This document shows positions 62,314 to 64,000 of a DNA stretch of 64,000 bases, piece by piece. The position numbers and the translations under genes were made by a program. The notes beneath the pieces are model-generated. The model had not been told where the DNA came from. It did not search any database and saw nothing but the letters and a program-made list of their open reading frames with translations. Every line of letters begins with the position of its first letter. Position 1 is the stretch's first letter. Where the stretch lies: the NCBI GenBank assembly GCA_002189035.1, contig CM007991.1, positions 1,178,001 to 1,242,000 on the forward strand, written 5' to 3'. The stretch comes from Utricularia gibba. Taxonomy: Eukaryota; Plantae; Magnoliophyta.

Positions 62314-64000
62314 ATGACGAATCGTGGTCAGAAAAGAGTTGTTGAGGCTGTGGAGAAATCGCCACGGGGTAAACGTCGGCGCACCTTTCTTTCTGAATCT
62401 CGTCTCAGTTCTTCAAACTCATCGAATCAAACGCTGATGAGTTCTTCGCTTGAAACCCATGAGGGATCATCGAATGTTTCGACGTCAACTCAATCAAGGG
62501 TGGTGGAGAAAGCGATGGCGAAGAAAACATGTTTGAGGAATTGATGTCAAGTTTAGAAGAGGAGGAAGATGAATCAAAGCAAATTGCGCTGCTCACCACG
62601 CTCTGTGAAACATTGCCGTTTTGTGATATCACTAGTCTATCGGGCACGTTCGTAGACTCCCTTTGTCCGGTACTTGTGTCACTGGTTGGGCATGAGGGCA
62701 ATGCTAATATAATACTCATGGCAATTAGAGCTATAACGTATTTGTGCGACATCGATCCGGTATGTGCATGCTTTCTCGTGCAACATGATGCAATTCCTGC
62801 CCTCTGTAAAAAACTAGTCAATATTGAGTACATGGATGTGGCAGAGCAGGTATGTTTCCTGAACTTTTTCTGTGGATAATGGTTTTCTGATGCTGTCTGA
62901 AGCACTCAATCTGTTTCATTTGCAGTGTTTGCTAGCATTAGAGAAAATATCGAGTGAAGAGCCTGTTCATTGTTTGCAATCTGATGTGATAATGGCTGTT
63001 TTAAATCATTTCGATTTCTTCCCGGCCAGCAAAAAGGTACTTTTATGCTGCTCCTTATCAAGCAAGTGTGTTTTCACTTTTACTTTGTGGTTTATGTCAT
63101 ATAGCCGAGTCTGTTCATTTACATCATTGATTTCTCTTGTACTGCAGAGGGTTGGACTATCCATCATTGTCAATGTATGCAACAAACTGCCTTCTGAGTC
63201 TTCATCACATATCATAGGAGCTGTTCCAATTTTGTGTAATCTTCTTCAATATGAGGATGGACAGGTACAATACTGGAAAACAAATGAAGCAAACAAAATA
63301 GTGATCCAAATGTTTGTTGTATGCCCAGATTGACGGTCGCTCCACTGAATAAATGACTTCCATTTAAATAATTGCCTTCGATATCTTTGTGTACTGGAGA
63401 CATTTCTACTCACGCCCTCTCACTACCGTTATTGATGCCTGTGTATGTAGCTTATTGAAAGTGTGGTTACTTGCTTGACTAAAATGGTGAAGCGTGTTTG
63501 TTCTTCGGATATGTTGGATGAGATGTATAAACATGGGGTGGTCCAGAATGCAATACGTTTGATAGGGGGTTCTACCCAGACGATGGTTTCTCCAAAAACA
63601 TCCATAGTGAGCCATCGCTGCTATACCCATTTTTCCCTGCCTTACTTTTAGATTTACGTTACAGGTTAATTGAGCTATATATTTTTATGAACTGTTGGCA
63701 GGACTTGATTAGGCTACTCGCCAAGTTGGCTGCAGACTCTACCGCTGCTTTTAGGACACTTTTTCAGCTCAACATAACCGGTGCTGTTAAGCACGTGTTA
63801 TCTGCCCCTGACGCTTTCCAGGCAACACAATCTACAATGTCATCCGATGGAAAGAGTCTGGTAGGGGTTTATATAGTTCAAGGAAAGTTTACTGTACTTA
63901 GGAGGCCTATTTTGCACGCATTTATGTTTATGGGATTGTTGAGGTTTCTTCTGATTACTATTTTTTCAGATGCATGAAATTTTGAAATTTCTGGATGATG
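62314..64000 (+). CDS. UPL4: HECT E3 ligase UPL4-like, 5' part (ARM region), cut by the window end; apparent 1-nt deletion near 62461-62500
   Basis: MTNRGQKR, LTTLCETLPF, GHEGNANIILMAIRAITYLCD, IEYMDVAEQ|CLLALEKIS, IMAVL..FDFF, |RVGLSIIVNVC, AVPILCNLLQYED. The HECT domain is outside the window. Confidence 0.9.

Overview
Gene-dense euchromatin from a very compact eudicot plant genome (most introns 70-150 nt). I can support 22 protein-coding genes (the last, UPL4, is cut by the window end), one ArfGAP pseudogene and one tRNA-Lys(CTT). In order: WRKY49-like, SDT1-type HAD hydrolase, rhomboid, tRNA-Lys, neprosin-family peptidase, ALG10, SMR CDK inhibitor, XBAT31-like, Dof TF, AGD6/7 pseudogene, RPL4 copy 1, Tic32-like SDR, small Pro-rich protein, conserved unknown protein, soluble PPase, inositol 5-phosphatase, plant protein 1589 family, TPR protein, TRM, MAKR, RPS23, RPL4 copy 2, malectin-like LRR-RLK, UPL4. 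I found no CRISPR array, rRNA or intact transposon, and nothing I can honestly call a new multi-gene system. The best leads are: (1) both RPL4 paralogs carry Glu->Ala in the normally invariant SAESWGTGR exit-tunnel loop, written with different Ala codons; (2) RPL4 copy 1 looks like a non-syntenic duplicate sitting head-to-head with the dead ArfGAP gene; (3) a symmetric RPS23/RPL4 bidirectional promoter; (4) a 40-codon uORF overlapping the HAD start; (5) a U12-type intron in the PPase gene. Caveat: seven apparent 1-nt deletions at G/C homopolymer runs break six otherwise intact genes between 32 and 63 kb, most likely assembly consensus errors. Gene names and Arabidopsis comparisons come from my recall of the families, not from database searches.
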